Shown here in pieces: positions 15,697-25,059 of a stretch of 37,820 nt of DNA. The notes under the pieces are model-generated. The model was given only the letters and a program-made list of their open reading frames with translations, was not told the DNA's origin and searched no databases. Source of the stretch: a virus; the UHGV virus genome UHGV-0214728, one strand, 5' to 3'. Numbering within the stretch: the first letter of the stretch is position 1; every line of letters begins with the position of its first letter. The position numbers and the translations under genes were made by a program.

Positions 15697-16632
15697 ATGG
15701 CTACTTACAAATATTATAATATACAGATGCTACCTCTAACCAATAGTAAAAAAAATATTGGTAAAGAGGGTTATATTAAATTATTCCAGCATCTGGGAGA
15801 CAAACTTCGCAAAGTTTTGTCATCGGAAGGTGATTTAAGAAATATCGCTATTCCATTGAGGAATGATTTCTTTTTTGCTCCGTATGAAATAAATGCTAGA
15901 GAGGACATGGTTTATGGTCGTTTTTTAAAGTTTGACAAGGTAGATGTTGTTAGAAAAACTATTAGCAGAGTTCAGACTTATGCGGCTGGTTTTGGCGAGT
16001 CTAGTAAGATTTATGAGTATAGGTTTGTATTTGATCCTGTATTGCATATCCTTGCTATCGAAGATAGCCCTTCATTACCTAGCGCAAGTGTTTTATATAA
16101 GGTGCTTAATGAGGTGTTTAAAGATGCGCGCAGGAAATTATATCCATCCTTTCGCATGAGTGTTGATGAATTAACATCTTCTGCTAGTCTAGATAATGTT
16201 ATAAAAGAGTCTAAAGGATATTATTCCTTTAAAACAGAAATAACTTTCTCTAACTCTAATGATTTTATTGAAGGACTAGAAGAATTGCTAGAGGGGGTTG
16301 AGGCTGAAATGAAAGATAAAGGGATTGATAAGCTGGAGCATAAAGAGTCATCAGACAAAGACTCAATAATGACTGACGTTAGTACAATCGCGTTGGTTTA
16401 TGCAGGTTTATCATGCAAGTTTGGGAATACTGAAATATCTTATAAAGACAAAAGCAATAAGAAAAAAGTTTTCAAAATGGCCGATTATCCTGTAAGAAAA
16501 CGTGTGTCTGAGTCTATGAAAAAAAGGGCATCAATTTTAGACTATTATTATGATGTGAAAAACACAATTAATGCAGCTAATAATGAGTCCAGAACAGGAA
16601 GTGGATTGCTAAAGAAAATTAGAAAAGGATAG
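15697..16632 (+). CDS. Cargo cassette gene 1: 311-aa soluble Lys/Asp/Ser-rich protein of unknown function. Candidate sensor component of a defence system.
   Basis: About 32% GC, against about 53% in the flanks. It follows an AT-rich putative promoter gap (15607-15696). Its stop is 4 nt from the next start, which shares an AAGGA RBS. Confidence 0.7.
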   Translation: MATYKYYNIQMLPLTNSKKNIGKEGYIKLFQHLGDKLRKVLSSEGDLRNIAIPLRNDFFFAPYEINAREDMVYGRFLKFDKVDVVRKTISRVQTYAAGFGESSKIYEYRFVFDPVLHILAIEDSPSLPSASVLYKVLNEVFKDARRKLYPSFRMSVDELTSSASLDNVIKESKGYYSFKTEITFSNSNDFIEGLEELLEGVEAEMKDKGIDKLEHKESSDKDSIMTDVSTIALVYAGLSCKFGNTEISYKDKSNKKKVFKMADYPVRKRVSESMKKRASILDYYYDVKNTINAANNESRTGSGLLKKIRKG

Positions 16633-16636
16633 TGTG

Positions 16637-17263
16637 ATGAAAGTTGGTGGATGGGACATTAATCATGAGAATATACTTAAAATAATTAAGTCTATTCCAT
16701 ATGTTGGTGCAATTTTTATCATTGCCAACTTTTATGCTAATTCTGGAGTTTTATCAGACAGGAAGCGAATTGCAAATTTCAAAAATTGGGTGCGGAGGGT
16801 GCTTTCTGGTGTTTTATTTACTTTTGTTTTAAGTTTGTTGATTGTGACATTTTTCAGAGATGGGCTTTACAATCCCAACTCAAACACTGCAGGTCTCGAC
16901 GCAACCCTTGTTGCTTTATCCATATTTCCGAGCATATTAGGTTTTGGCATTGGTGTGTTTGTTGTTGTTTTTGCCCTTCCGAATCAATTCATTGAGAAAA
17001 TAAATCTTATCAAACATAACGGTAAAAATAAAACTTTTGGCGCATCGTTAATGGTTGTCGATATGGCTTATCCTCTAATGGTATATGCTGTTGTCCTGAT
17101 GGGTGAGTTTTTTCTGAAACTATTCCAGGTTGGGTTTATTACACATGTGTTGAGTATCTTTTTATTATTATATGGAATGCTGATGACTTTTGATTTAATA
17201 TCTATGATTTTCATGACAGCGTATGCGCTTTTAGCTACGCAAGCATCAAGAAACCCTAAATAG
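16637..17263 (+). CDS. Cargo cassette gene 2: polytopic inner-membrane protein with about 6 TM helices. Candidate membrane effector.
   Basis: Hydrophobic segments include IPYVGAIFIIANFY, VLSGVLFTFVLSLLIVTFF, LVALSIFPSILGFGIGVFVVVFALP, LMVVDMAYPLMVYAVVLMGEFF and VLSIFLLLYGMLMTFDLISMIFMTAYALLA. It is translationally coupled to gene 1. Confidence 0.7.
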   Translation: MKVGGWDINHENILKIIKSIPYVGAIFIIANFYANSGVLSDRKRIANFKNWVRRVLSGVLFTFVLSLLIVTFFRDGLYNPNSNTAGLDATLVALSIFPSILGFGIGVFVVVFALPNQFIEKINLIKHNGKNKTFGASLMVVDMAYPLMVYAVVLMGEFFLKLFQVGFITHVLSIFLLLYGMLMTFDLISMIFMTAYALLATQASRNPK

Positions 17264-17457
17264 TAGTATTTTTAGTTCGTTCTTTGGCTCAATGATTTTG
17301 TCGATGCAGCAGCCAGGTTCGATAACTAAAGTAATCAATAGAGAATCTTTGCAGTGTGTCAATAAGACGTAGGAAAGGTAAGTTAAGGCACTGCAGTATG
17401 CAAATACTGGTTGTTTGTGATATGTTTAACTACTTGCACACAACCAGGTCGTTAAAT

Positions 17458-17832
17458 ATGGGCGAATATATAAGCGCTACTATTACTGGATTATGGGAAT
17501 CCTATTTGTTATGGTCCAAACAGAAACGAGAGCTAACAATATCCAAGTTAGAAGCGCTATCAAATTTATTGATAGAGAATCGGGCCTACCTGAGGGATTT
17601 CGCACACCAAGGTGTTAAAGACGCTCAAAGGGAACTTGAACTTGCAAAGGAGTGGAGACGTGTCGGTCTCTTATTTCAAGATATTTCCCCTGAGTTGTCA
17701 GACATATGTGATCACAAATCAGACTACTGGATATATTCAGATAGATATACCAAGCAGAAAGTTAATGAGCTAGGGATAACAATAAGAAATCTCGAACACA
17801 AGCTAAGAATGGCAAAGAAAAACCTTCTATAG
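17458..17832 (+). CDS. Cargo cassette gene 3: 124-aa hypothetical protein
   Basis: Start chosen at MGEYIS. The upstream part of the table ORF (MSIRRRKGKLRHC...) looks non-coding. It is AT-rich and a terminator follows. Confidence 0.45.
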   Translation: MGEYISATITGLWESYLLWSKQKRELTISKLEALSNLLIENRAYLRDFAHQGVKDAQRELELAKEWRRVGLLFQDISPELSDICDHKSDYWIYSDRYTKQKVNELGITIRNLEHKLRMAKKNLL

Positions 17833-17851
17833 AATCCCTTTGTAATTTATG

Positions 17852-17883
17852 AAAGCCACCTTTTAAACGGTGGCTTTTTTATT
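17852..17883 (+). terminator. Rho-independent terminator closing the cargo cassette
   Basis: AAAGCCACC-ttttaaac-GGTGGCTTT hairpin followed by TTTTTTATT. Confidence 0.6.
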
Positions 17884-17896
17884 GGAGATGATAAGG

Positions 17897-18247
17897 ATGC
17901 CCGCACTAATTCCCCGTGTATGCCGTAAGCGTGGATGCGCAGGCACAACAACCGACCGCTCAGGATACTGCGAGAAGCACCGCAATGAAGGCTGGCAACA
18001 GCATCAGCAAGGCAAGAGTAGGCATGAGCGCGGCTATGGTAGCCAGTGGGACATTAAGCGAGCCCGCATTCTTAAGCGTGATAATCACCTGTGTCAGAAC
18101 TGCCTTCGAACTGGGCGTGCCGTTGCAGCCAAGACCGTTGACCACATCAAGGCTAAAGCTCATGGGGGTACCGATGATGATTCGAACCTCGAAAGCCTGT
18201 GCTGGCCCTGTCACAGAACGAAAACCGGACGTGAACGTTTCAAGTGA
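17897..18247 (+). CDS. HNH endonuclease, terminase-associated
   Basis: 'CQNCLRTGRAVAAKTVDHIKAKAHGGTDDDSNLESLCWPCHRTKT' is an HNH motif, plus an N-terminal Cys cluster. It is adjacent to terS/terL as in HK97-like cos phages. Start at 17897 (AAGG RBS); the table start lies inside the terminator. Confidence 0.8.
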   Translation: MPALIPRVCRKRGCAGTTTDRSGYCEKHRNEGWQQHQQGKSRHERGYGSQWDIKRARILKRDNHLCQNCLRTGRAVAAKTVDHIKAKAHGGTDDDSNLESLCWPCHRTKTGRERFK

Positions 18248-18404
18248 TATCGATTCCCATTTGAGTCGAGGCGGAGGGGGGCGGGGTCAAATCCCTGACG
18301 GCGAAGGCCCAAAGGACCGCCGCCTAACCTTTTTTCACACCGCCGCAGGTTAGAAAACTTTTTTTTGGGGTCCCCCATCCGATGATTAATAGGAGTTTTC
18401 GATT

Positions 18405-18902
18405 ATGCCAGGACCACCGAAAACCCCGACACATCTGGCTTTAGTGAAGGGGAACCCATCCAAACGCCCGATCAATAAGAACGAGCCAAAACCCCCGTCA
18501 GGGGTCCCCCCAATACCGAAACATTTCGATAAGCAAGGTAAGTACTGGTTCAAGCGTATTGGTGAGGAACTTGATGCCGTCGGCGTGTTGACCACGCTTG
18601 ATGCTAAAGCGCTGGAGTTGTTGATAGAAGCCTATGTTGAATACCGGCATCACTGCGACACTCTTGATCGTGAAGGTTATACCTATGCCGTCTACAGCGA
18701 AGATGATTCAGATGAAGGAGGGGAGCGGGAAATCAGAATGATAAAACCGCACCCTGCAGCAGTCATGAAGGCTGATGCGTGGAAACGGATCAGAGCGATG
18801 CTGAGCGAATTCGGCATGACACCTGCCAGCCGATCAAAGGTTGGTGCAAAAGTCCCGGCAGAAGCCGACCCACTGGAAGAATTTCTTAAAAAGCGCAAAT
18901 GA
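18405..18902 (+). CDS. Terminase small subunit, P27 family
   Basis: Protein of 165 aa. The N-terminal 'PKTPTHLALVKGNPSKRP' and overall layout are typical of P27-family TerS. It is directly upstream of terL. Confidence 0.75.
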   Translation: MPGPPKTPTHLALVKGNPSKRPINKNEPKPPSGVPPIPKHFDKQGKYWFKRIGEELDAVGVLTTLDAKALELLIEAYVEYRHHCDTLDREGYTYAVYSEDDSDEGGEREIRMIKPHPAAVMKADAWKRIRAMLSEFGMTPASRSKVGAKVPAEADPLEEFLKKRK

Positions 18903-18905
18903 TGA

Positions 18906-20657
18906 ATGGCAACCGTTGCAGATGGATTTCGCTACGCCGAGCGCGTGGTATCTGGCGATATCGTTGCTGGCGAGCTGGTGCGTCTTGCGTGCCAGCGGTT
19001 CTTTCATGATTTAGAACACGGCCCGGCGCGCGGTGTTTATTTTGATGAAGGCCGCGCCCAGCACGTTCTCGATTTCTATAACTTTGTTCCCCACGTGAAG
19101 GGGCATTTGACCGGCAAGCCCATCGAGCTGATGGACTGGCACGTTTTTATCCTGATAAATCTTTTTGGGTTTGTCGTCCCGCTGATAGATGAAATTACGT
19201 GTGAAGGAGTTCTGGATGACGACGGCGAACCCATGTTTGTACGACGGTTTCGTACCGCTTATGACGAAGTAGCCCGTAAGAATGCAAAATCAACGCTTTC
19301 ATCTGGAATCGGCCTTTATATGGCTGGCGCTGATGGTGAGGGCGGCGCTGAGGTTTATTCCGCTGCAACCACCCGGGATCAGGCCCGCATTGTGTTTGAT
19401 GATGCCAAACGCATGATTAAGCTGGCCCCGAAAACTCTGGGGCGGTTATTTGGCAGCAATAAGCTGAATATTCACCAGGAGCGGACAGGCTCTAAGTTTG
19501 AACCTGTAGCCAGTGATGCGAACAACCTCGACGGTCTGAATATTCACTGCGGGATTGTTGATGAGCTCCATGCGCATAAAACCCGAGATGTCTGGGAAGT
19601 TCTCGAAACGGCAACCGGCGCCCGACTACAGTCTCTTATCTTCGCGATCACTACTGCGGGATTTAATAAAGAGGGTATTTGTTACGAGCAGCGTGATTAT
19701 GCCATTAAGTTGCTGAAAAATTTTGACAACCCGGACCCTCTATCACCGAAAGATGATAGCTATTTCGCACTGATTTATACCCTGGATGAGGGTGACGATC
19801 CTTTCGACGAGGCAAACTGGCCGAAAGCAAATCCCGGTCTGGGTGTTTGTAAGCGATGGGATGATATGCGTCGCCTGGCTAAAAAGGCGAAAGAGCAGGT
19901 GGCAGCGCGGGTCGGATTTTTTACCAAGCATCTCAATATCTGGGTGCAGGGTGAAAAAGCGTGGATGGATATGTCGCGCTGGGAAAAATGCCGCGATACC
20001 TGGGATGACTCAACTACGGCCAGCTGGTCAATGTGGCTCGGCGTTGATCTTTCCAACAAAATTGATATTTCAGCCGCGGTTAAAGTATGGCTTGCCCCAA
20101 ATGGTGATGTTTACGCGCGTTCCCGATTCTGGATACCTGAGGGACGGCTGGAAGCCTGCACAAAACAGCAGGCGGAACTTTACCGTAAATGGAATCAAGC
20201 GGGATATCTGGAATTTACTGATGGGGATGTTATTGACCATGCCGTGATTAAAGAGGAAACGATCGAGTGGGCACGCGGTGAATCACTGAATGAATTCGCG
20301 TACGACCCCTGGAGTGCCACTCAGTTTGCTTTGTCGGTAGCAGCTGAAGGAATACCTATTGTTGAAGTCCCTCAGACGGTGAAAAACCTGTCAGAAGCGA
20401 TGAAGGAAGTCGAGGCCAAGATTTACGCCGGGCGTTTTCATCACGACGGTAATCCGGTAATGACCTGGATGATGTCAAACGTCACCGTCAAACCAGACAA
20501 AAACGAGAATATTTTCCCCAACAAGGCCACCCCAGAAAACAAAATTGACGGCCCTGTCGCGATGTTTATTGCGATGAGTCGCCTGCTTGTTAACGGTGGT
20601 GGTGAAGTTGACTTCCTGTCCACTATCGACCCTGACGAAGACCTTTTACTTCTATGA
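18906..20657 (+). CDS. Terminase large subunit (HK97-like)
   Basis: Protein of 583 aa. An ATPase Walker-like region 'LSSGIGLYMAGADGEGGAE' and a nuclease C-terminal half. Gene order is terS-terL-portal. Confidence 0.9.
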   Translation: MATVADGFRYAERVVSGDIVAGELVRLACQRFFHDLEHGPARGVYFDEGRAQHVLDFYNFVPHVKGHLTGKPIELMDWHVFILINLFGFVVPLIDEITCEGVLDDDGEPMFVRRFRTAYDEVARKNAKSTLSSGIGLYMAGADGEGGAEVYSAATTRDQARIVFDDAKRMIKLAPKTLGRLFGSNKLNIHQERTGSKFEPVASDANNLDGLNIHCGIVDELHAHKTRDVWEVLETATGARLQSLIFAITTAGFNKEGICYEQRDYAIKLLKNFDNPDPLSPKDDSYFALIYTLDEGDDPFDEANWPKANPGLGVCKRWDDMRRLAKKAKEQVAARVGFFTKHLNIWVQGEKAWMDMSRWEKCRDTWDDSTTASWSMWLGVDLSNKIDISAAVKVWLAPNGDVYARSRFWIPEGRLEACTKQQAELYRKWNQAGYLEFTDGDVIDHAVIKEETIEWARGESLNEFAYDPWSATQFALSVAAEGIPIVEVPQTVKNLSEAMKEVEAKIYAGRFHHDGNPVMTWMMSNVTVKPDKNENIFPNKATPENKIDGPVAMFIAMSRLLVNGGGEVDFLSTIDPDEDLLLL

Positions 20658-20815
20658 AAACTTTAATCACTGATGCTATCGGGCTTACCGGGTTCGGTTC
20701 GCTTGCTGCTGGCGTGTATCTCCAGTTCGGGCTGGCGATGTCTCTGATGATGTCGGGAACCCTGCTACTCATTTATGCGCTGTTAGCGGCAATGAGGGGG
20801 AATAATGCTGCTTGA
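20654..20815 (+). CDS. Small membrane protein of 53 aa, between terL and portal, missing from the ORF table because it is shorter than 60 aa
   Basis: Translated by hand as MKTLITDAIGLTGFGSLAAGVYLQFGLAMSLMMSGTLLLIYALLAAMRGNNAA. Its ATG overlaps the terL stop (ATGA) and its 3' end overlaps the portal start. Confidence 0.35.
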   Translation: MKTLITDAIGLTGFGSLAAGVYLQFGLAMSLMMSGTLLLIYALLAAMRGNNAA

Positions 20816-22031
20816 TGCTCTTTTTCGCAGTGAACCACTGGAAAACCCGGCTACGCCGATCACGAGTGAGTCGGCAGAAACAGATAACGTGTTTGCCCAG
20901 GACGTATTTGTCAGCCCGCAAACGGCGATGAAGCTGGCTGCGGTGTATGCCTGTATTTACGTTATCTCTTCGAATATCGCTCAGATGCCACTGCATGTTA
21001 TGCGGAAAACCAATAACAAGGTTGAAGCTGCCCGCGATCACCCTGTGTTTTACCTGGTTCACGATGAGCCGAATATGTGGCAGACCAGCTATAAGTGGCG
21101 TGAGCTAAAACAGCGTCATATTTTGGGCTGGGGGAATGGTTACACCTGGGTGAAGCGTTCCCGTCGTGGTGAAGTTTCCGGGCTGGAATGCTGCATGCCC
21201 TGGGAAACGACACTGCTTAACACGGGTGGTCGGTATACCTATGGCGTTTACAACGAAGAGGGGGCGTTTGCCGTCAATCCCGACGATATGGTGCATATCC
21301 GGGCGCTGGGTAACAACCAGAAAATGGGGCTTAGCCCAATTATGCAGCATGCCGAGACGATAGGAATGGGGATGAGCGGGCAGGCTTATACCAGTTCATT
21401 CTTCAACGGTAATGCGCGACCCGCTGGCATTATTTCGGTGAAAAGCCAGCTGAATGAAGAAAGCTGGGGGCGTTTAAAAAGCATGTGGCAAAAAGCTACA
21501 GCTGCTTTGCGCAGCCAGGAGAATAAAACAATGCTTCTCCCGGCAGAGCTGGATTACAAAGCGCTCACCGTTTCCCCGGTTGATGCCCAGATCATTGATA
21601 TGTCGAAGCTGAATCGGTCGATGATTGCCGGGATATTTAATGTACCGGCGCACATGATTAACGATCTCGAAAAAGCCACTTTCTCAAATATTACGCAACA
21701 GGCCATTCAGTTTGTCCGCTACACGATCATGCCGTGGGTAACGAACTGGGAACAGGAACTCAATCGCCGCCTGTTCACCCGTGCTGAACTGGCCGCCGGG
21801 TATTACGTCAGGTTTAACCTGACAGGCCTGCTACGCGGGACCCCGCAGGAACGTGCTCAGTTCTACCACTTTGCGATCACTGATGGCTGGATGAGCCGCA
21901 ATGAAGCGCGAGCCTTCGAAGACATGAATCCGGTAGATGGCCTGGATGAAATGCTGGTGAGCGTTAACGCCGCGAACCCCGCAGACGATTTTAAGGCACC
22001 TAAAACCGACGAGGAAAAGCCCAATGAATGA
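20805..22031 (+). CDS. Portal protein (HK97 family)
   Basis: Protein of 408 aa in the canonical position after terL. Its size and composition are typical of Phage_portal family proteins. Confidence 0.85.
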   Translation: MLLDALFRSEPLENPATPITSESAETDNVFAQDVFVSPQTAMKLAAVYACIYVISSNIAQMPLHVMRKTNNKVEAARDHPVFYLVHDEPNMWQTSYKWRELKQRHILGWGNGYTWVKRSRRGEVSGLECCMPWETTLLNTGGRYTYGVYNEEGAFAVNPDDMVHIRALGNNQKMGLSPIMQHAETIGMGMSGQAYTSSFFNGNARPAGIISVKSQLNEESWGRLKSMWQKATAALRSQENKTMLLPAELDYKALTVSPVDAQIIDMSKLNRSMIAGIFNVPAHMINDLEKATFSNITQQAIQFVRYTIMPWVTNWEQELNRRLFTRAELAAGYYVRFNLTGLLRGTPQERAQFYHFAITDGWMSRNEARAFEDMNPVDGLDEMLVSVNAANPADDFKAPKTDEEKPNE

Positions 22032-22623
22032 CCGTGAAACGCGCTGTTACAGCGGGGAGGTCAGAGCCGAGCAACGCACCGATGAACCTACCCGCATTCT
22101 GGGCTATGGCTCGGTGTTCAACAGCCGTTCTGAACCCCTGTGGGGATTCCGTGAAATCATCAAGCCCGGAGCATTTGACGATGTGCTGAATGATGATGTT
22201 CGCGGGCTGTTTAACCATGACCCCAACTTTATTCTGGGACGGAGCGCTGCCGGGACGCTATCCCTGTCTGTCGATGAGCGCGGCCTGCGTTACGACATTA
22301 CAGCGCCGGATACGCAAACTATCCGCGATCTGGTGCTGGCGCCGATGATGCGCGGTGACATTAACCAGTCATCTTTTGCCTTCCGGGTATCCCATGACGG
22401 TGAAAATTGGTACCAGGACGATGAAGGGATCGTTATTCGTGAAATATCGAAGTTTTCCCGGCTGTTTGATGTCAGTCCGGTGACTTATCCCGCATATCAG
22501 GAGGCCGACTCCGGCGTCCGATCGATGAAAGCCTGGCAGGAGGCGCGCGACAGCGGTGCGCTAAAGAACGCCATTAATCAACGAATGGCGCGTGAGCGCC
22601 TGCTGACCCTTCTTAACGCGTAA
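22024..22623 (+). CDS. Prohead maturation protease (HK97 / S78 family)
   Basis: Protein of 199 aa between the portal and the major capsid. 'GYGSVFNSRSEPL...GLFNHD' resembles the HK97 gp4 protease. Confidence 0.8.
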   Translation: MNDRETRCYSGEVRAEQRTDEPTRILGYGSVFNSRSEPLWGFREIIKPGAFDDVLNDDVRGLFNHDPNFILGRSAAGTLSLSVDERGLRYDITAPDTQTIRDLVLAPMMRGDINQSSFAFRVSHDGENWYQDDEGIVIREISKFSRLFDVSPVTYPAYQEADSGVRSMKAWQEARDSGALKNAINQRMARERLLTLLNA

Positions 22624-22632
22624 GGAAAAATC

Positions 22633-23871
22633 ATGAAACTGCATGAAATGAAGCAAAAACGTAACATCATCGCCAAAGATATGCGTGCCCTGCATGACAA
22701 AATTGGCGATACACCTTGGACCGATGAGCAGCGTACTCAGTGGAACGCTGCAAAATCGGAGCTTGACGCTCTTGATGAGCGTATTGCACGCGAAGAGGAA
22801 CTGCGCCGCCAGGATCAGGACTATATCCACGAAAACGAGCCGGAACAGCGCCAGCAGCAGAATCGTGATCCAGCAAACCCGGAAGCACAGGCTAACGAAC
22901 GCCGTGCTGCGGCGTTTAATGCGTTTTTGCGCCGTGGTCTTGGCGAGATGAGCGCTGAAGAACGCCAGGCTTTAAAGGAGCTGCGTGCTCAGGGCACGAC
23001 GCCGGATGAAAAAGGGGGTTACACCGTACCAACCCAGTTCCGCAATAAGATCGTCGAAGCACTGAAAGATTACGGTGGAATTGCCAGTGTGGCGCAAATT
23101 CTGAATACCGCCAACGGCCAGGACATTGACTGGGCAACCTCTGACGGTACCACTGAAGAAGGTGAACTGCTGGGCGAAAACACTGAAACCAGTGAAGAAG
23201 ACGTGTCTTTCGGCGGTGCAACGCTGGGGGCTAAAAAACTGTCCTCTAAAATCATTCGCGTATCCAATGAACTGCTCCAGGACAGCGGCGTAGACATCGA
23301 GGCGTTCCTGGCCGCGCGTATCGCCACTCGCATCGGACGTGGTGAAGCGAAGTATCTGGTATTAGGGACCGGCACCGGCACCCCGCTGCAGCCTAAAGGG
23401 CTGGCTGCGTCGGTAACTGGAACCAAAAATACCGCAGCAGCGACCACCTTTACCTGGAAAGAGCTGAACGCACTGAAGCACTCTGTCGACCCGGCATACC
23501 GTAACGGTCCAAAGGTGCGCTGGGCCTTTAACGATGCAACGTTGCAGCTGGTGGAGGAAATGGAGGACGGACAGGGCCGCCCGCTCTGGTTACCGAACAT
23601 TATCGGTGGCGCACCTGCTACAGTTCTGCAGGTGCCGTATGTCGTTGACCAGGCTATTCCTGATATCGCGGCTGGTGCCAAATTTGCCTACTTCGGCGAT
23701 TTTAACCGCTTTATCGTTCGTCGCGTCACTTACATGACGCTGAAACGGCTGGTTGAGCGTTACGCAGAGTACGATCAGACAGGCTTCCTGGCCTTCCACC
23801 GCTTCGACTGCGTACTGGAAGATACCGGCGCGATTAAGGCGCTGGTGGGTAAACCGGCATCTGGCGGCTAA
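22633..23871 (+). CDS. Major capsid protein (HK97 fold) with an N-terminal scaffolding-like delta domain
   Basis: Protein of 412 aa with a coiled-coil N-terminus (KQKRNIIAKDMRALHDKI...EEELRRQ) and a capsid core. It follows the protease. Confidence 0.88.
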   Translation: MKLHEMKQKRNIIAKDMRALHDKIGDTPWTDEQRTQWNAAKSELDALDERIAREEELRRQDQDYIHENEPEQRQQQNRDPANPEAQANERRAAAFNAFLRRGLGEMSAEERQALKELRAQGTTPDEKGGYTVPTQFRNKIVEALKDYGGIASVAQILNTANGQDIDWATSDGTTEEGELLGENTETSEEDVSFGGATLGAKKLSSKIIRVSNELLQDSGVDIEAFLAARIATRIGRGEAKYLVLGTGTGTPLQPKGLAASVTGTKNTAAATTFTWKELNALKHSVDPAYRNGPKVRWAFNDATLQLVEEMEDGQGRPLWLPNIIGGAPATVLQVPYVVDQAIPDIAAGAKFAYFGDFNRFIVRRVTYMTLKRLVERYAEYDQTGFLAFHRFDCVLEDTGAIKALVGKPASGG

Positions 23872-23892
23872 GGTAATAATCAGCTTCAACCT

Positions 23893-23914
23893 CCACCGCT
23901 CCGGCGGTTTTTTT
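23893..23914 (+). terminator. Weak intrinsic terminator or attenuator after the capsid gene
   Basis: ACCGC-tccg-GCGGT short stem followed by TTTTTTT. Confidence 0.3.
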
Positions 23915-23948
23915 ATGCCCGCAGTTCGCTGCGGGCCAGGGAAAACAC

Positions 23949-24266
23949 ATGAGCACAACGATTGAGATGTTGCGGGCGCAGTGTCGGATCGATATCGACG
24001 ACACCACGGAAGATGAGGTGCTTACGCTCTATTATGGTGCCGCGCGCCGAAAGGCGGAGAGCTTCATCAACCGCCATCTTTATGAAGAAGAAGTGCCGGA
24101 AACTGATCCTGACGGGCTGGTGATTGCTGACGACATCCTCCTGGCGCTGATGCTGCTTGTCGGGCACTGGTATGAAAACAGAGAAGAGTCGTCAGACGCA
24201 GCAAAAACCAGCATCCCATTTGGCTTTACATCGCTGATAGAGCCGTACCGCTATATTCCGCTCTAG
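23949..24266 (+). CDS. Head-tail connector / gp6-like DNA-packaging protein
   Basis: Protein of 105 aa, first gene after the capsid. Its size and acidic composition fit Phage_connect_1. Confidence 0.6.
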   Translation: MSTTIEMLRAQCRIDIDDTTEDEVLTLYYGAARRKAESFINRHLYEEEVPETDPDGLVIADDILLALMLLVGHWYENREESSDAAKTSIPFGFTSLIEPYRYIPL

Positions 24267-24274
24267 GAGGAATT

Positions 24275-24613
24275 ATGCAGGCAGGACGATTACGGCATCG
24301 CGTCACTATTCAGAACTTCACAATATCAAAAACACCTTCCGGCCAGCCGGTAGAAAGCTGGGCTGATGGAAAAACTATCTGGGCCGAGGTTAAAGGGATC
24401 AGCGGTAGGGAGCTGTTAGCCGCTGGCGTTGAGCGTGCTGATGCCACCATTCGCGTCTGGGTGCGTTTTCGTACAGACATCTCAGCTTCTTCCCGCCTGA
24501 AGGTACGCACCGGCCCGTTTAAAGGTGCCGTTCTTAACGTTACCGGGCCTCCGGTTCCGGATATCAAAGGAACCCGGCTGGAAATTCTCTGCAAACAGGG
24601 GACCGAAAAATGA
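24275..24613 (+). CDS. Head closure / head-tail joining protein
   Basis: Protein of 112 aa in the canonical HK97 gp9-like position. Confidence 0.6.
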   Translation: MQAGRLRHRVTIQNFTISKTPSGQPVESWADGKTIWAEVKGISGRELLAAGVERADATIRVWVRFRTDISASSRLKVRTGPFKGAVLNVTGPPVPDIKGTRLEILCKQGTEK

Positions 24614-25059
24614 TTGATGTGAATCTGGATTTTTCCGGGTTGCAGGATATTGCCCACGATCTGCAAACGCTCAGCAAGGCCGAAAATAATAAAGTTCTCC
24701 GGGAGTCGACCCGTGCTGGTGCCGAATTGCTCCGCGAGGAGGTGATTGATCGCGCTCCTGAGAAATCCGGAAAACTGAAGAAAAACGTTGTTGTCGTCAC
24801 CCAGAAAAGTCGCCGTAGCGGTGAAATTTCATCTGGGGTGCATATTCGTGGCGTTAACCCGCGAACGGGGAACAGCGACAATACAATGAAGGCCAGCAAC
24901 AAGCGGAATGCGTTTTACTGGCGCTTCGTGGAGCTGGGAACATCTACGGCGCCTGCACATCCGTTTGTTCGCCCAGCTTTTGATACCCGCATGGAAGAAG
25001 CTACGCAGGTGGCGATGCAGCGGATGAATCAGGCTATCGATGAGGTGTTATCAAAATGA
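24610..25059 (+). CDS. Tail component, HK97 gp10 family
   Basis: Protein of 149 aa. The C-terminal 'FVELGTSTAPAHPFVRPAFD' resembles the gp10 family signature. Confidence 0.65.
   Translation: MIDVNLDFSGLQDIAHDLQTLSKAENNKVLRESTRAGAELLREEVIDRAPEKSGKLKKNVVVVTQKSRRSGEISSGVHIRGVNPRTGNSDNTMKASNKRNAFYWRFVELGTSTAPAHPFVRPAFDTRMEEATQVAMQRMNQAIDEVLSK

Noticed and set aside
17356-17457. The N-terminal extension (MSIRRRKGKLRHCSMQ...) of table ORF 17356..17832
   Set aside because: The upstream segment has a shifted composition and no RBS. MGEYIS at 17458 follows a 190-bp intergenic gap and is the more plausible start. Confidence in this choice is moderate.
22916-23958. Large antisense ORFs inside the major capsid gene (for example 23070..23681, 203 aa, on the minus strand)
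   Set aside because: They are on the opposite strand of an unmistakable HK97-type capsid gene, and their translations are Ser/Pro/Ala-rich and nonsense-like. They are artefacts of high GC.
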